Below are positions 1-9,686 of a stretch of 64,000 nucleotides of DNA, piece after piece. The number at the start of each line of letters is the position of its first letter. Position 1 is the stretch's first letter. The notes beneath the pieces were generated by a model. That model saw only the letters and a list, made by a program, of their open reading frames with translations. It had not been told where the DNA came from and did not search any database. Made by a program: the position numbers and the translations under genes. Source of the stretch: Candidatus Avidehalobacter gallistercoris (GTDB lineage Bacteria > Bacillota > Dehalobacteriia > UBA4068 > UBA4997); contig DVMH01000033.1 in NCBI GenBank assembly GCA_018715045.1, positions 749-64,748 of the forward strand. The letters run 5' to 3'.

Positions 1-1065
1 CGCAGCATAAGCGCCGCTGGTCAACGGCCGCCAGCTTTCAATGCGTGCACGCCACGTTTCATGCTTCTGCTGCTCCAGATAATCCAGCATATCATGCAGT
101 ACGCTGGCCGCATCGCCCACAATAGGCACGTCGCTCGGCACGTTTTTGCCGATTTCTGCCGGGTCGACATCCACATGGATAATAGTAGCCGCGTGGGCGA
201 ATTTATCCACATTGGCGGTAACACGGTCATCGAAGCGCGCGCCGATTGCCAGCAGCACGTCACATTCGGTAACAGCTAAATTGGCTGCGGGTGCGCCGTG
301 AATACCCAACATACCGATATAATGCCCATCGCGGAAAGGATAGGCGGCCTTACCCATCAATGTTACGGCAACAGGCGCGTCCAAACGGTGCGCTACCTCA
401 TGCAGCAGATCCTCCGCTCCGGCGCTGACCACACCGCCGCCCGCGTAGATAAGCGGTTTTTTAGCGTTCATCAGCACCTGGCAGGCGTTTTTGATTTTCA
501 GCGGGTGCCCTTTAAACTTTGGCTTGTAACCCGGCAGGTTAATCACTCCGGGAATTGTGGCGGTACATTCCTGTTCGCTCACATTTTTTGGCAGGTCGAT
601 CAGCACCGGCCCCGGCCGCCCGGTCTGGGCGATATGAAACGCCTCTTTCACGATCTCCGGCAGCTCGTTCACGTTGGTCACCAGATAACTGTGCTTGACG
701 ATCGGACGCGTGATACCGGTGATATCGATTTCCTGAAATGCGTCGGTGCCAATCATCGTGCTGGATACCTGTCCGGTTATCGCAATAACCGGAAAAGAGT
801 CCATATACGCTGTGGCCAGCCCAGTGACCAGATTCGTAGCCCCTGGTCCGGATGTGGCAATACATACTCCGGGTCTGCCGCTTACTCTGGCATAACCGCT
901 GGCTGCATGAGTCGCGCCCTGCTCGGTGCGCGTCAGTACATTCTTGATTTTGGTGGAATTACGCAGCGCCTGAAAAAGCCCCAACACCGCGCCGCCTGGA
1001 TAACTGAACACAATGTTGCAGCCCTCCTGCTCCAGGCAGGCGATAATTGCCTCCGCACCATTCAT
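1..1065 (-). CDS. ilvB: acetolactate synthase large subunit, partial (N-terminal part; gene runs off the window start)
   Basis: Reverse complement of 1021-1080 reads AGGAGTGTCGGCAAT-ATG-AAT-GGT-GCG-GAG... = MNGAEAIIACLEQEG, a typical ALS/TPP-enzyme N-terminus with an AGGAG RBS. The frame stays open to position 1. The listed 298..1134 + ORF is its antisense shadow. Confidence 0.8.
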   Translation of the reverse strand, partial: MNGAEAIIACLEQEGCNIVFSYPGGAVLGLFQALRNSTKIKNVLTRTEQGATHAASGYARVSGRPGVCIATSGPGATNLVTGLATAYMDSFPVIAITGQVSSTMIGTDAFQEIDITGITRPIVKHSYLVTNVNELPEIVKEAFHIAQTGRPGPVLIDLPKNVSEQECTATIPGVINLPGYKPKFKGHPLKIKNACQVLMNAKKPLIYAGGGVVSAGAEDLLHEVAHRLDAPVAVTLMGKAAYPFRDGHYIGMLGIHGAPAANLAVTECDVLLAIGARFDDRVTANVDKFAHAATIIHVDVDPAEIGKNVPSDVPIVGDAASVLHDMLDYLEQQKHETWRARIESWRPLTSGAYAA

Positions 1066-1083
1066 ATTGCCGACACTCCTTTC

Positions 1084-1584
1084 CTATTGCTCGCGTTTGG
1101 CCGCTTTATTTTCGCCGCGCACCATAGCAATTAAGCCAGTGCGCTTGATTTCCTGAATACCAAAGGGGCGAAAAGCGTCCTCAATAGCCGAGAGTTTGCT
1201 TTTGGTGCCAGTGGCTTCAATGATAAAGCTCTTGCGCTGAATATCAACAATCTTAATGCGAAAAATATCGCATAAATTCATGATTTCCAGCCTGTCCTCC
1301 TTGTTAGCAACTACCCGCAGCATCAAAAGCTCACGTCCTACGTATTCATCGTGAGTCACGTCGCTTATTTTCAGCACCTCAACAATTTTGTGCAGTTGTT
1401 TGGTTACCTGCTCGATGATACGGTCGTCGCCCTCCACCACAATAGTCATGGAGGAAACGCCAGGGTTTTCAGTGTTGCCCACCGTCAGGCTGTTGATGTT
1501 GTAGCCCCGGCGGCTGAACAACCCTGCCACACGCACCAATACGCCGGAACGGTCTTGCACCAAAACGTTCAAAATATGTTTCAT
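1084..1584 (-). CDS. ilvN: acetolactate synthase small (regulatory) subunit, ACT domain
   Basis: 166 aa. ILNVLVQDRSGVLVRVAGLFSRRGYNINSLTV...MTIVVEGDDRIIEQVTKQLHKIVEVLKISDV matches the IlvH/IlvN ACT-domain signature. Confidence 0.85.
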   Translation of the reverse strand: MKHILNVLVQDRSGVLVRVAGLFSRRGYNINSLTVGNTENPGVSSMTIVVEGDDRIIEQVTKQLHKIVEVLKISDVTHDEYVGRELLMLRVVANKEDRLEIMNLCDIFRIKIVDIQRKSFIIEATGTKSKLSAIEDAFRPFGIQEIKRTGLIAMVRGENKAAKREQ

Positions 1585-1622
1585 GTCGCCCTCCGCCGCT
1601 AAAGTCGAATTCTAACGCAAAT

Positions 1623-3290
1623 TTAGCGTACAGTGACCGCGCCTGTGGAGGCGGAGGTCACGCGCTGTGCGTATTTGGCCAGATAGCCTTTCTTGATTTT
1701 CGGTTCCGGCTGCTGCCAGGCAGCACGGCGCTTTTGCAGCACGTCGTCCGCCACATTCAGGTTCAGCCGACCCGAGTTGATGTCGATCTCAATTTCGTCG
1801 CCCTCTTCCACCAGGCCGATCAAACCGCCCTCAGCAGCCTCCGGCGATACGTGACCGATAGCGGCTCCGCGGGTCGCACCTGAGAAACGCCCGTCAGTGA
1901 TCAGCGCTACGCTTTCACCCAAGCCCATGCCCTGAATGGCCGAAGTCGGCGTCAGCATTTCGCGCATACCCGGGCCGCCTTTCGGCCCCTCATAGCGTAT
2001 AACCACCACGTCGCCCGCCTTGATTTTGCCACCGGTAATAGCTTCTACCGCTTCTTCTTCGCCGTTAAAAACGCGAGCCGGTCCATTGTGAATCATCATT
2101 TCCGGAGCCACTGCCGCCCGCTTTACAACTGCGCCGTCCGGCGCCAGGTTCCCACGCAATATCTTCAGACCGCCTTTTTGGCTGTAAGCGGTATCTTTAC
2201 TTCGGATAACATTACCATCCAGAATTTTAGCGCCCTTGATATTTTCAGACATAGTCTTGCCGGTCACCGTCATCACGGAAGTGTCAAGCAAACCCAGCTC
2301 AGCCAGTTCAGCCATCAGCGCCGCCATGCCGCCCGCCGCATGCAAATCTTCAATATGGTGTTCGCCCGCCGGAGCCAGCTTGCAAAGGTGAGGCGTCACC
2401 TCGCTCAGCTCGTTTACCATGTCCAAATTCAGCTCCACACCTGCCTCATGCGCAATGGCGGGCAAGTGCAGTACAGTGTTGGTAGAGCAGCCCATCGCCA
2501 TATCGGCCGTCAGAGCGTTTTTGAACGCTGCCGCCGTCATAATGTCATGCGGACGAATATCCGCCTCCAACAGCTTCATAACCTGCATACCAGCCTGTTT
2601 AGCCAACCGCAGCCGCCCGGAATCCACCGCGGCAACCGTGCCGTTTCCGGCCAGACCCATGCCGAGAACCTCAGTAAGACAGTTCATCGAATTAGCGGTG
2701 AACATACCGGAGCAGCTACCACAGGTGGGACAGGCGTTCTGCTCGATCGCCATCAGTTCTGCTGCATCAATTTTCCCGGCGGCAAAAGCGCCGCTGGCCT
2801 CAAAGTTAGAGTTCAGATCCAGCACCCTCCCGTTTAATTTTCCGGCCAGCATGGGGCCGCCGCTAACGAAAATGCAGGGCAGATCAAGACGTGCCGCCGC
2901 CATCAGCATACCGGGTACAACCTTATCGCAGTTAGGAATGAACACCAGTGCGTCAAAAGCATGAGCCAGCGCCATTGTTTCGGCGGAATCAGCAATCAGT
3001 TCACGGCTGGCCAGCGAGTATTTCATGCCTACGTGCCCCATCGCAATGCCGTCACAGACGGCAATGGCCGGAAATTCCAGCGGGGTGCCGCCCGCAAGCC
3101 GCACGCCAGCTTTCACAGCGTCGCAAATGCTCCTGAGATGCATATGCCCCGGTACCACCTCGTTAAACGAATTAACGATACCCACCAGCGGGCGGTCGAT
3201 CTCATCCGGGGTAAGCCCCAGCGCATACAGCAACGAGCGCTGCGGCGAGCGCATATAGCCGTCTTTCATAACTTTGCTTTTCTGTTCCAT
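1623..3290 (-). CDS. ilvD: dihydroxy-acid dehydratase
   Basis: IlvD/EDD family motifs ([24 protein letters not shown], Cys ligands). Likely start is MEQKSK with a GGGAGTG RBS upstream. Confidence 0.9.
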   Translation of the reverse strand: MEQKSKVMKDGYMRSPQRSLLYALGLTPDEIDRPLVGIVNSFNEVVPGHMHLRSICDAVKAGVRLAGGTPLEFPAIAVCDGIAMGHVGMKYSLASRELIADSAETMALAHAFDALVFIPNCDKVVPGMLMAAARLDLPCIFVSGGPMLAGKLNGRVLDLNSNFEASGAFAAGKIDAAELMAIEQNACPTCGSCSGMFTANSMNCLTEVLGMGLAGNGTVAAVDSGRLRLAKQAGMQVMKLLEADIRPHDIMTAAAFKNALTADMAMGCSTNTVLHLPAIAHEAGVELNLDMVNELSEVTPHLCKLAPAGEHHIEDLHAAGGMAALMAELAELGLLDTSVMTVTGKTMSENIKGAKILDGNVIRSKDTAYSQKGGLKILRGNLAPDGAVVKRAAVAPEMMIHNGPARVFNGEEEAVEAITGGKIKAGDVVVIRYEGPKGGPGMREMLTPTSAIQGMGLGESVALITDGRFSGATRGAAIGHVSPEAAEGGLIGLVEEGDEIEIDINSGRLNLNVADDVLQKRRAAWQQPEPKIKKGYLAKYAQRVTSASTGAVTVR

Positions 3291-3405
3291 GCTTATCACT
3301 CCCATTATTATGCTTCATAATTATCTGTCAAATGCGTTTGATAAAATAATTACCTTATATAGTAACACAAAACGGCGGATAAAACCAGCCGTTTCGCAAT
3401 TTTTT

Positions 3406-5601
3406 TCAGATTATATTGAGCGGTTCCACGTCAACGGCAAGCTTTACATCGTGCGGCAGGCGCAGATCCACCGTTGCCCGCCTTACTGCCTCGCGCAGCA
3501 CGTTCAAATCTTTACCTTTCAGCATGATCTGCAGGCGGAAACGGTCTTTTATCTTGGCGCGGGGGCAAGGCTTGGGGCCAAAATAACGCATTTTATCCCC
3601 GGCCTTTATGTCCTCCACTGCCTGCTGTAACAGCCAAGCCAGCTTTTGGCCGATTTCCAGCGATGCCTGCAAAGTTCCTGCGCTGATCACAATGCGGATA
3701 AGTGCAGCAAACGGCGGATATTCCGCCAACTGCCGCTGCAATATCTCCCGGCGGTAAAACGTCTGATAATCCTCGCCTGCCGCGGCCTTTAATATCTCCG
3801 ACTGTGGCTGATACGTCTGCACAATGACCTCGCCTGCCTGATGACGGCCGGCGCGTCCCGCTACCTGCGTTGTCAGCTGAAAGGCGCGCTCCCCGCTCCG
3901 CAGATCGGGCAGGTTCAGTGTTAAATCTGCTGCCACCACGCCCACCAGCGTAAGATTGGGGAAATCCAGCCCCTTGGCAATCATCTGCGTTCCAACAAGG
4001 ATATCAATATCTCCAGAGAGCATGGCTTGATAAACGCGCTCAAAGCTGCCTCGCTGGGCTGTGGAATCTCTGTCCAGGCGAGCGATGCGCGCCTGGGGGA
4101 TTAGCTGTGCCGCAGCCTCAACTATTTTCTGCGTTCCCGCGCCGAAATAACGGATAGCAAATGAGCCACATTCCGGGCAAACATGCGGCAGCGGCAGCGT
4201 TTGCCCACAGTAATGACATTTCAGCACCTCTTCCCCGATGTGATAAGACATCGCCACCGAACAGTGTGGGCATTGCACCACATAGCCGCAGCTGCGGCAG
4301 GAAACAAAAGATTCATAGCCTCGCCTGTTCAGAAAAAGCAGACTTTGCTTACCTGCCTGCCAGTTTTCTACCAGCTTTTTTTGCAGCATACGGCTGAATA
4401 CGCTGTTGTTGCCCTCACGAAACTCACGGCTCATATCCACCAGCAGCACCTTAGCTGCCGGACGGCCGAAAATGCGTTCGGGCAACTCGCAGAGAAGGTA
4501 TTCGCCGTGCCTGGCTTTATAATAGCTGGTAACGTCGGGGGTGGCACTGCCCAACACCAGCCCTGCTCCGGTCAGGCGGCAGCGTTCCTCGGCCAGTGTG
4601 CGGGTGTGAAAACGCGGTACATTGTCCTGCTTATAGGTGGCCTCATGCTCCTCGTCGATAACGATCAACCCCAAATTTGGCGCTGGTGCAAAAATAGCTG
4701 ACCGCGCCCCGATGATCAAATCATAATGGCCGGACGCAATGCCCAGCCATGCTGCCCGCCGTTCTGCCGCCGAAAGGCCAGAATGCAACACCGCCACACC
4801 GCCGCCCAGACGCTCACGAAAAATATGCACTGTCTGCGGCGTTAACGCGATTTCCGGTACTAATATGATAGTTTGCTTCCCCTGGGCGCGGCAATCCTCG
4901 GCCAGACGCAGGTATATTTCCGTTTTGCCGCTGCCGGTCGCACCATGCAACAGTACAGGTTTACGCTCCGTTTGAAAGTTTTGGCGTATCTCGTCCAGAA
5001 CCTTCTGCTGCCGTGACGATAATTCCCGCCTTTCCGACAGAGAAGATAGCTCTGCGCCTTCCCAAATTTCTTCTTCTATTATGCTGATTATGCCCTGCTT
5101 CTCCAGCGTACGCAGCGTGGCCAGATGAGCCTCCGACTGTCGAAGCAGATCCGTCAGCGGCATTTCGCCCTGTTCGTGCAGAATTGCCACCACACGGCGC
5201 TGCTTCATGCCGCGCGGAATGATTTTGGCGTCATTCAAGCGTACCCGGCGTTTGATCTGAGCGCGCGGCATCTTGCCAGTTAACGTCATGCCGCTGGGCA
5301 GCATTGCCTGCAAAACACTGGCGCGACTGCAAAGATAATAATTCGCAGCAAATTCGGAAAGACACAGCAGATCTTCGCCGAACAGAGGTTTCTCATTTAT
5401 AATAGATAAAAGCGGTTTAAGTTTATCCACAGGACAAGCGTCATCCGCTGTCAGCTGCACCACCACAGCCTCCAGCTTTTGTCTGCCGAATTCCACCCGC
5501 ACAATCTGCCCGGGCAGAACCTGCCAGCCCTCCGGTACGGCATAGTAAAACAGACGATTCAAGGCTGCCGCTTTCTTGTTTATAATAACCCCGGCCAGCA
5601 T
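3406..5601 (-). CDS. priA: primosomal protein N' (replication restart helicase PriA)
   Basis: 731 aa. N-terminal MLAGVIINKK... start, Walker A LHGATGSGKTEIY, DEEH box, Cys4 zinc-binding region (CRSCGYVVQCPHCS...CHYCG), C-terminal helicase motifs. Confidence 0.9.
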   Translation of the reverse strand: MLAGVIINKKAAALNRLFYYAVPEGWQVLPGQIVRVEFGRQKLEAVVVQLTADDACPVDKLKPLLSIINEKPLFGEDLLCLSEFAANYYLCSRASVLQAMLPSGMTLTGKMPRAQIKRRVRLNDAKIIPRGMKQRRVVAILHEQGEMPLTDLLRQSEAHLATLRTLEKQGIISIIEEEIWEGAELSSLSERRELSSRQQKVLDEIRQNFQTERKPVLLHGATGSGKTEIYLRLAEDCRAQGKQTIILVPEIALTPQTVHIFRERLGGGVAVLHSGLSAAERRAAWLGIASGHYDLIIGARSAIFAPAPNLGLIVIDEEHEATYKQDNVPRFHTRTLAEERCRLTGAGLVLGSATPDVTSYYKARHGEYLLCELPERIFGRPAAKVLLVDMSREFREGNNSVFSRMLQKKLVENWQAGKQSLLFLNRRGYESFVSCRSCGYVVQCPHCSVAMSYHIGEEVLKCHYCGQTLPLPHVCPECGSFAIRYFGAGTQKIVEAAAQLIPQARIARLDRDSTAQRGSFERVYQAMLSGDIDILVGTQMIAKGLDFPNLTLVGVVAADLTLNLPDLRSGERAFQLTTQVAGRAGRHQAGEVIVQTYQPQSEILKAAAGEDYQTFYRREILQRQLAEYPPFAALIRIVISAGTLQASLEIGQKLAWLLQQAVEDIKAGDKMRYFGPKPCPRAKIKDRFRLQIMLKGKDLNVLREAVRRATVDLRLPHDVKLAVDVEPLNII

Positions 5602-6767
5602 CAGAGCGCCAGCCGGTAAACAGCCTCTACGTCGGTTGGTGTCATCCGCTTAAAGCTGCCAATAGTCTGATTACCCAGCGCAAAAGCCAGCTCCACCATT
5701 TCTGGTATTCCATCTTCCGGTACGTCCAGCTGAGACAATTTGGTAGGCATACCAATGCCGCGCAGAAAATCCTCATATACGGCAATACCGTCAAGCGCCA
5801 TCTGCTCTTTATTGACACTTTCAGGAACGCCCCATACGTTATGTGCAATGCGGGCAAACATGTCGATATCCTCAGTGTAGACGTATTTCATCCAAGCCGG
5901 GAAAATGACAGCCAGCGCCGCCCCGTGCGCTGCATCGTAAAGAGCGGAAATCTGATGCGCCAGCGCGTGGCTGCCCCAGTCCTGGTCGCGCCCAACGCCG
6001 CAGAGGTTGTTATGCGCCAGCATACCGGCCCACATCAGTGCTGCCTGCGCCTCGTAATCCTCGCTGTCAATAATTATGCGCATGGCCACATCCTTGATAG
6101 CCAGCAGAAGTCCTTCGCACAATCGGTCGGTCACAACGTTTTCCGGCGTTTTAGTGAAATAGCGCTCAAAAATATGCGCCATCATGTCAGAGATACCGCA
6201 GGCGCTTTGATACTTGCTCAGCGTGAAAGTAAGCTCCGGATTCAGCACGGCAAATTTGGGGCGGAGACATTCGCCAGCCGCGCCCTTTTTAATGTGAGTT
6301 GACTCGTCGGTTATCACGGTATTAGGCGAGCCCTCGCTGCCCGCTGCCGGAATGGTCAGCACCACACCGATGGGCAAGGCCTCCTCTACCTTTTTGCCGC
6401 GGTAAAAATCAAGAAAATCGCCCGGATAAGGTACGCCCAGCGCAACCGCCTTGGCCGTATCGATGACCGAGCCGCCGCCTACCGCCAACATAAAATCCAC
6501 GCCCTCATCGCGCGCGCCCTCAATCGCACTGTAAACGAAAGAGCTTACGGGATTGGGCTGCACCCCACCCGCCGAGACATAATCCAGCCCTGCTTCGTCC
6601 AATGACTGCAAAACCACCGGCAGAGTACCGTTCTGAATAGCTGAACCGCCTCCGTACAGCACCATTACTTTTTTTGCGCCCAATGCCGCCACAAGCTGGC
6701 CGGCCTTGCGGTGCGTATCACGCCCGAAAACAAATTTGGTCGGGCTTTGAAAAGTAAAGTTTTTCAT
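5601..6767 (-). CDS. iron-containing alcohol dehydrogenase (butanol dehydrogenase-like)
   Basis: 388 aa with the Fe-ADH family layout (GGGSVIDTAK motif, His-rich metal site). Confidence 0.8.
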   Translation of the reverse strand: MKNFTFQSPTKFVFGRDTHRKAGQLVAALGAKKVMVLYGGGSAIQNGTLPVVLQSLDEAGLDYVSAGGVQPNPVSSFVYSAIEGARDEGVDFMLAVGGGSVIDTAKAVALGVPYPGDFLDFYRGKKVEEALPIGVVLTIPAAGSEGSPNTVITDESTHIKKGAAGECLRPKFAVLNPELTFTLSKYQSACGISDMMAHIFERYFTKTPENVVTDRLCEGLLLAIKDVAMRIIIDSEDYEAQAALMWAGMLAHNNLCGVGRDQDWGSHALAHQISALYDAAHGAALAVIFPAWMKYVYTEDIDMFARIAHNVWGVPESVNKEQMALDGIAVYEDFLRGIGMPTKLSQLDVPEDGIPEMVELAFALGNQTIGSFKRMTPTDVEAVYRLAL

Positions 6768-6781
6768 AGCAATTTCTCCTT

Positions 6782-8392
6782 TTAATAGTTGAGATAAACG
6801 CTCCTGTATACGTCGCTTTGCAGCCAGCGGTAGACGATGGCCGCGCCCTCGCCGCGTGTCATCGTTTTACCCGGCTTAAATATTCCTGCCGCCACGCCGT
6901 TCATGATCTGAAGCTCGGATAAATGGGCAATCGAAGCTGCTGCCCAGCCGTAGCCGTTTGCTGCAACATCACCGTAAGGCGCTGGGGTTCCCACTGTCTC
7001 GCCGCCGATAACACGGCTCAGCATGACCGCCGCCTCGGCGCGGGAGATTTCTACGTCAGGTCGGACTGTACCGTCCGGATAGCCGTTAAGGATACCTCGG
7101 GCAACAGCCTTGCTAACCTCGTTATACGCCCAATGCGTTTCCGGAAGATCACTAAAGCTGAACTCACGCATATCGGCTTTGCTCAAAGGAACGGCGTTAT
7201 CCAACACACGGTTCAGCATAACGGCCAACTCTGCCCGCGTCAGATTCTCGTTGACGCCGAAATAGTTATCAGAAATACCTTTCACCAACTGCGGCGTATT
7301 ATAATAAAGACCCAGCACACTGTCCGCCGCCCAATGATCAACCAGATCCTTAAACGGCAGGATCAGAGAATACAGCGCCAGTTCCGAATGATATGTAACA
7401 TAAGGAGCCGCGCCCTGGTAGGTATATCTGATACTGCTATTGTCCGGCAGCTGGCCGCCTGTATAAACCAAACGGTTGGTAGGAGTTATCTTGGCAAAGC
7501 GATCCCAGTCTACGATTGTGTCGCCGGCTTCTCCATTGGTATAAGAAAACGTGGGATCGGCAACCAGCCAGCCCATGCCGCTGATATAAAACATTACCCA
7601 GCTGTGGCGAATTTTATCCGCATCGATATGACCAGTGGGGCTTAAATAGTTGTTGTTCGTCTGAGCCTCTCGACCGTAAAGATAACCGCTGCACACGCGT
7701 GCCGGAATCCCCAGCGAACGCAGACCGGCAACATACAGGTTGGAATAATCTTCACAGTTACCATGGCGTGTTTGATAGGCTTGGGCGGCGGAATGGCTGC
7801 TTTTTACAGAGTTATCATACGTCATGTATTTATTGACTGCGGCGAACAGCAAGCGCGCCTGCAAATAGTCGTTATCAGTGGAAGCAGCTGCCAGCCGGGC
7901 AAATTCCCGGATCTCCTCCATATCTGAATTGATATTTTCCGTCGGAGCAAGATATGCAGCCAAGCTTTCAGGAACCGGCTCTTCCGTCATCACCTGCGCA
8001 TCAAAGCTGACACAGTAATTACGCACGGCCACTCGCTGAATAAGCTGCACCGTCTCACCCACGTTAAGTTGGTCCAATCTATAAACCGCCACCCGAGTGC
8101 CGGCGGCGTTGGTGGTGATTTCTGCGGGCTGCGGAGAAAACTCTTCGCCCAGAAAATCCTGCCAGACAACGCTTTCCGTCTCTGACAAAGGCACCTCCAG
8201 CCGAATATTGTAAATAGGACGGGCGCTGCGGTTTTCCAGCTGCACGGTGTTGATAACGGTATATATCTGACCATTGGTGCGGATAACGCTTTCCTCCGCA
8301 TTAGCTGCGCCGCTTGGTGCCAAAAACAGCGCCGCCGAAAGCAGCGCCGCCAAAACACAGCGGCAGGCAACTTTAATCAGCCTGCAAATCAT
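6782..8392 (-). CDS. secreted transglutaminase-like cysteine-protease-fold protein with C-terminal SLH repeats (cell-wall anchored)
   Basis: Signal peptide (LLSAALFLAPSGAANA). Transglutaminase-like core (HGNCEDYSNLYVAGLRSLGIPARVCSGY). C-terminal SLH-like repeats (VRPDVEISRAEAAVMLSRV, KPGKTMTRGEGAAIVYRWL). Start taken at MICRL with a GAGAGGA RBS. Confidence 0.65.
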   Translation of the reverse strand: MICRLIKVACRCVLAALLSAALFLAPSGAANAEESVIRTNGQIYTVINTVQLENRSARPIYNIRLEVPLSETESVVWQDFLGEEFSPQPAEITTNAAGTRVAVYRLDQLNVGETVQLIQRVAVRNYCVSFDAQVMTEEPVPESLAAYLAPTENINSDMEEIREFARLAAASTDNDYLQARLLFAAVNKYMTYDNSVKSSHSAAQAYQTRHGNCEDYSNLYVAGLRSLGIPARVCSGYLYGREAQTNNNYLSPTGHIDADKIRHSWVMFYISGMGWLVADPTFSYTNGEAGDTIVDWDRFAKITPTNRLVYTGGQLPDNSSIRYTYQGAAPYVTYHSELALYSLILPFKDLVDHWAADSVLGLYYNTPQLVKGISDNYFGVNENLTRAELAVMLNRVLDNAVPLSKADMREFSFSDLPETHWAYNEVSKAVARGILNGYPDGTVRPDVEISRAEAAVMLSRVIGGETVGTPAPYGDVAANGYGWAAASIAHLSELQIMNGVAAGIFKPGKTMTRGEGAAIVYRWLQSDVYRSVYLNY

Positions 8393-8643
8393 CGTAAAAC
8401 GTCCTCTCTTGTTAACACAAACATACACTTTTAAAAGGGAAAACTATCACTCTTGGTCATTGTAACATATATTTCGTCAAATTTCAATCTTTGCAGCGAA
8501 CGGCCACTCCCTTTTACCTTTTGTGTTGATGAATGCTGATTAAAAAACACTTCATCAAAATAGCCAGACGGACACTTGCCCAATATAGGCAACCATCCGC
8601 CAAACCGTGAGTTGTCTAATTATATATAAACACTTACCAAATT

Positions 8644-9249
8644 TTATTTGAGCATAAAATCTGCCCACGTACCCTGGTAATCACATAGATGCTCATTCCA
8701 GTATATTATCTTTTCTATATATTCCTGTTTTCGTTTCTCTACGGCTTCTTTACAATTTTCGATCCCTAATTTATATATAAGTGCAGTAAGGTCATATATG
8801 GGATAGCCTATTGCATGTCCAGCCGTATGCACTACTGCACATGCTTGTCCTATCGAATGACAAATTGCAATATCTTCTTTATTTTCGATTTCTTTTGCAA
8901 ATGCATGACAATCTAATATTTTTCGTTGTGCCAGGCGCATTTTGACTCTTCCGAATGCCCAATCTCTGGCTGTTTCCAAAGCCTCTCCTGGACGATTTTC
9001 CTCTGGATATTTATCTTTAAGTTTTACAATAGATCCATACGCAAAATCAAATGCCCATAGTGCCATAACTCTATGGCTTTGAGTTTCAAATAGCATGATT
9101 AGATCCTGCATATATTCTGAACTCCTGGAAAACAGAACTTGGTTTTTCCTTTTAAGTTTTATCGATACTTCATCTATCCAATTCATTTTTCTACTCCGTA
9201 AATTCGTATTTACCGTCCTGATCATATCACAGTCAACTCTGCAATTCAA
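8644..9249 (-). CDS. hypothetical alpha-helical protein in an AT-rich islet; possibly a polymorphic-toxin immunity-type protein
   Basis: 201-aa ORF in an islet of roughly 35% GC, against a genome average near 56%. No catalytic motif recognised. The real start may be an internal Met. Confidence 0.4.
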   Translation of the reverse strand: MNCRVDCDMIRTVNTNLRSRKMNWIDEVSIKLKRKNQVLFSRSSEYMQDLIMLFETQSHRVMALWAFDFAYGSIVKLKDKYPEENRPGEALETARDWAFGRVKMRLAQRKILDCHAFAKEIENKEDIAICHSIGQACAVVHTAGHAIGYPIYDLTALIYKLGIENCKEAVEKRKQEYIEKIIYWNEHLCDYQGTWADFMLK

Positions 9250-9379
9250 TGTACATATAGATAAACTCGCCGGAGATTTTGTGCGGCAACACTTTGGGTA
9301 AAAGGGCGGACGGCAAAACGGACTGGATTTTGCCAGCAGAATGTGTTATGATATAAGGCGCTGAAAAAACCAGCAAAAA

Positions 9380-9619
9380 ATGACCGCAACGGAAGGAATG
9401 TATTACATGAGCAGAAAGAATCGAGAAAAGCGCGCGCGGCAGAATGCCAACCCCAGCGTCAAAAAAAAGGAGACCGCCTGGGAAGCCATAAAAGATCTGT
9501 TACTACACCCGTTTAAAGAAGATTATAATAAGAACAATACCATTGGCAAGTTTCTGGGAGCGGTTTGCCTGATTGCGGCATTTTGCCTGCTCTTTTATAT
9601 AACCGGGCATATGATATGA
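9380..9619 (+). CDS. small membrane protein, hypothetical
   Basis: 79 aa. Lys/Arg-rich N-terminus and one C-terminal TM helix (FLGAVCLIAAFCLLFYITG). Followed by a strong terminator. Confidence 0.35.
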   Translation: MTATEGMYYMSRKNREKRARQNANPSVKKKETAWEAIKDLLLHPFKEDYNKNNTIGKFLGAVCLIAAFCLLFYITGHMI

Positions 9620-9637
9620 GACCGGACGCGTCAAAAA

Positions 9638-9680
9638 TAAAAGCGGCAAACTTTTTTTGGTCTGCCGCTTTTATTTTTTG
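9638..9680. terminator. bidirectional rho-independent terminator
   Basis: aaaAGCGGCAaactttttttggtcTGCCGCTtttatttttt: a GC-rich stem flanked by an A-run and a T-run, sitting between convergent genes. Confidence 0.6.
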
Positions 9681-9686
9681 CGTTTT

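Noticed and set aside
298-1134. 278-aa plus-strand ORF at the window start
   Set aside because: It is antisense to ilvB, whose N-terminus (MNGAEAIIACLEQEG) with an AGGAG RBS is read on the minus strand. Shadow ORF.
2088-3320. Several 60-250-aa plus-strand ORFs inside ilvD
   Set aside because: All are antisense to ilvD with no motifs; they are typical of high-GC coding regions.
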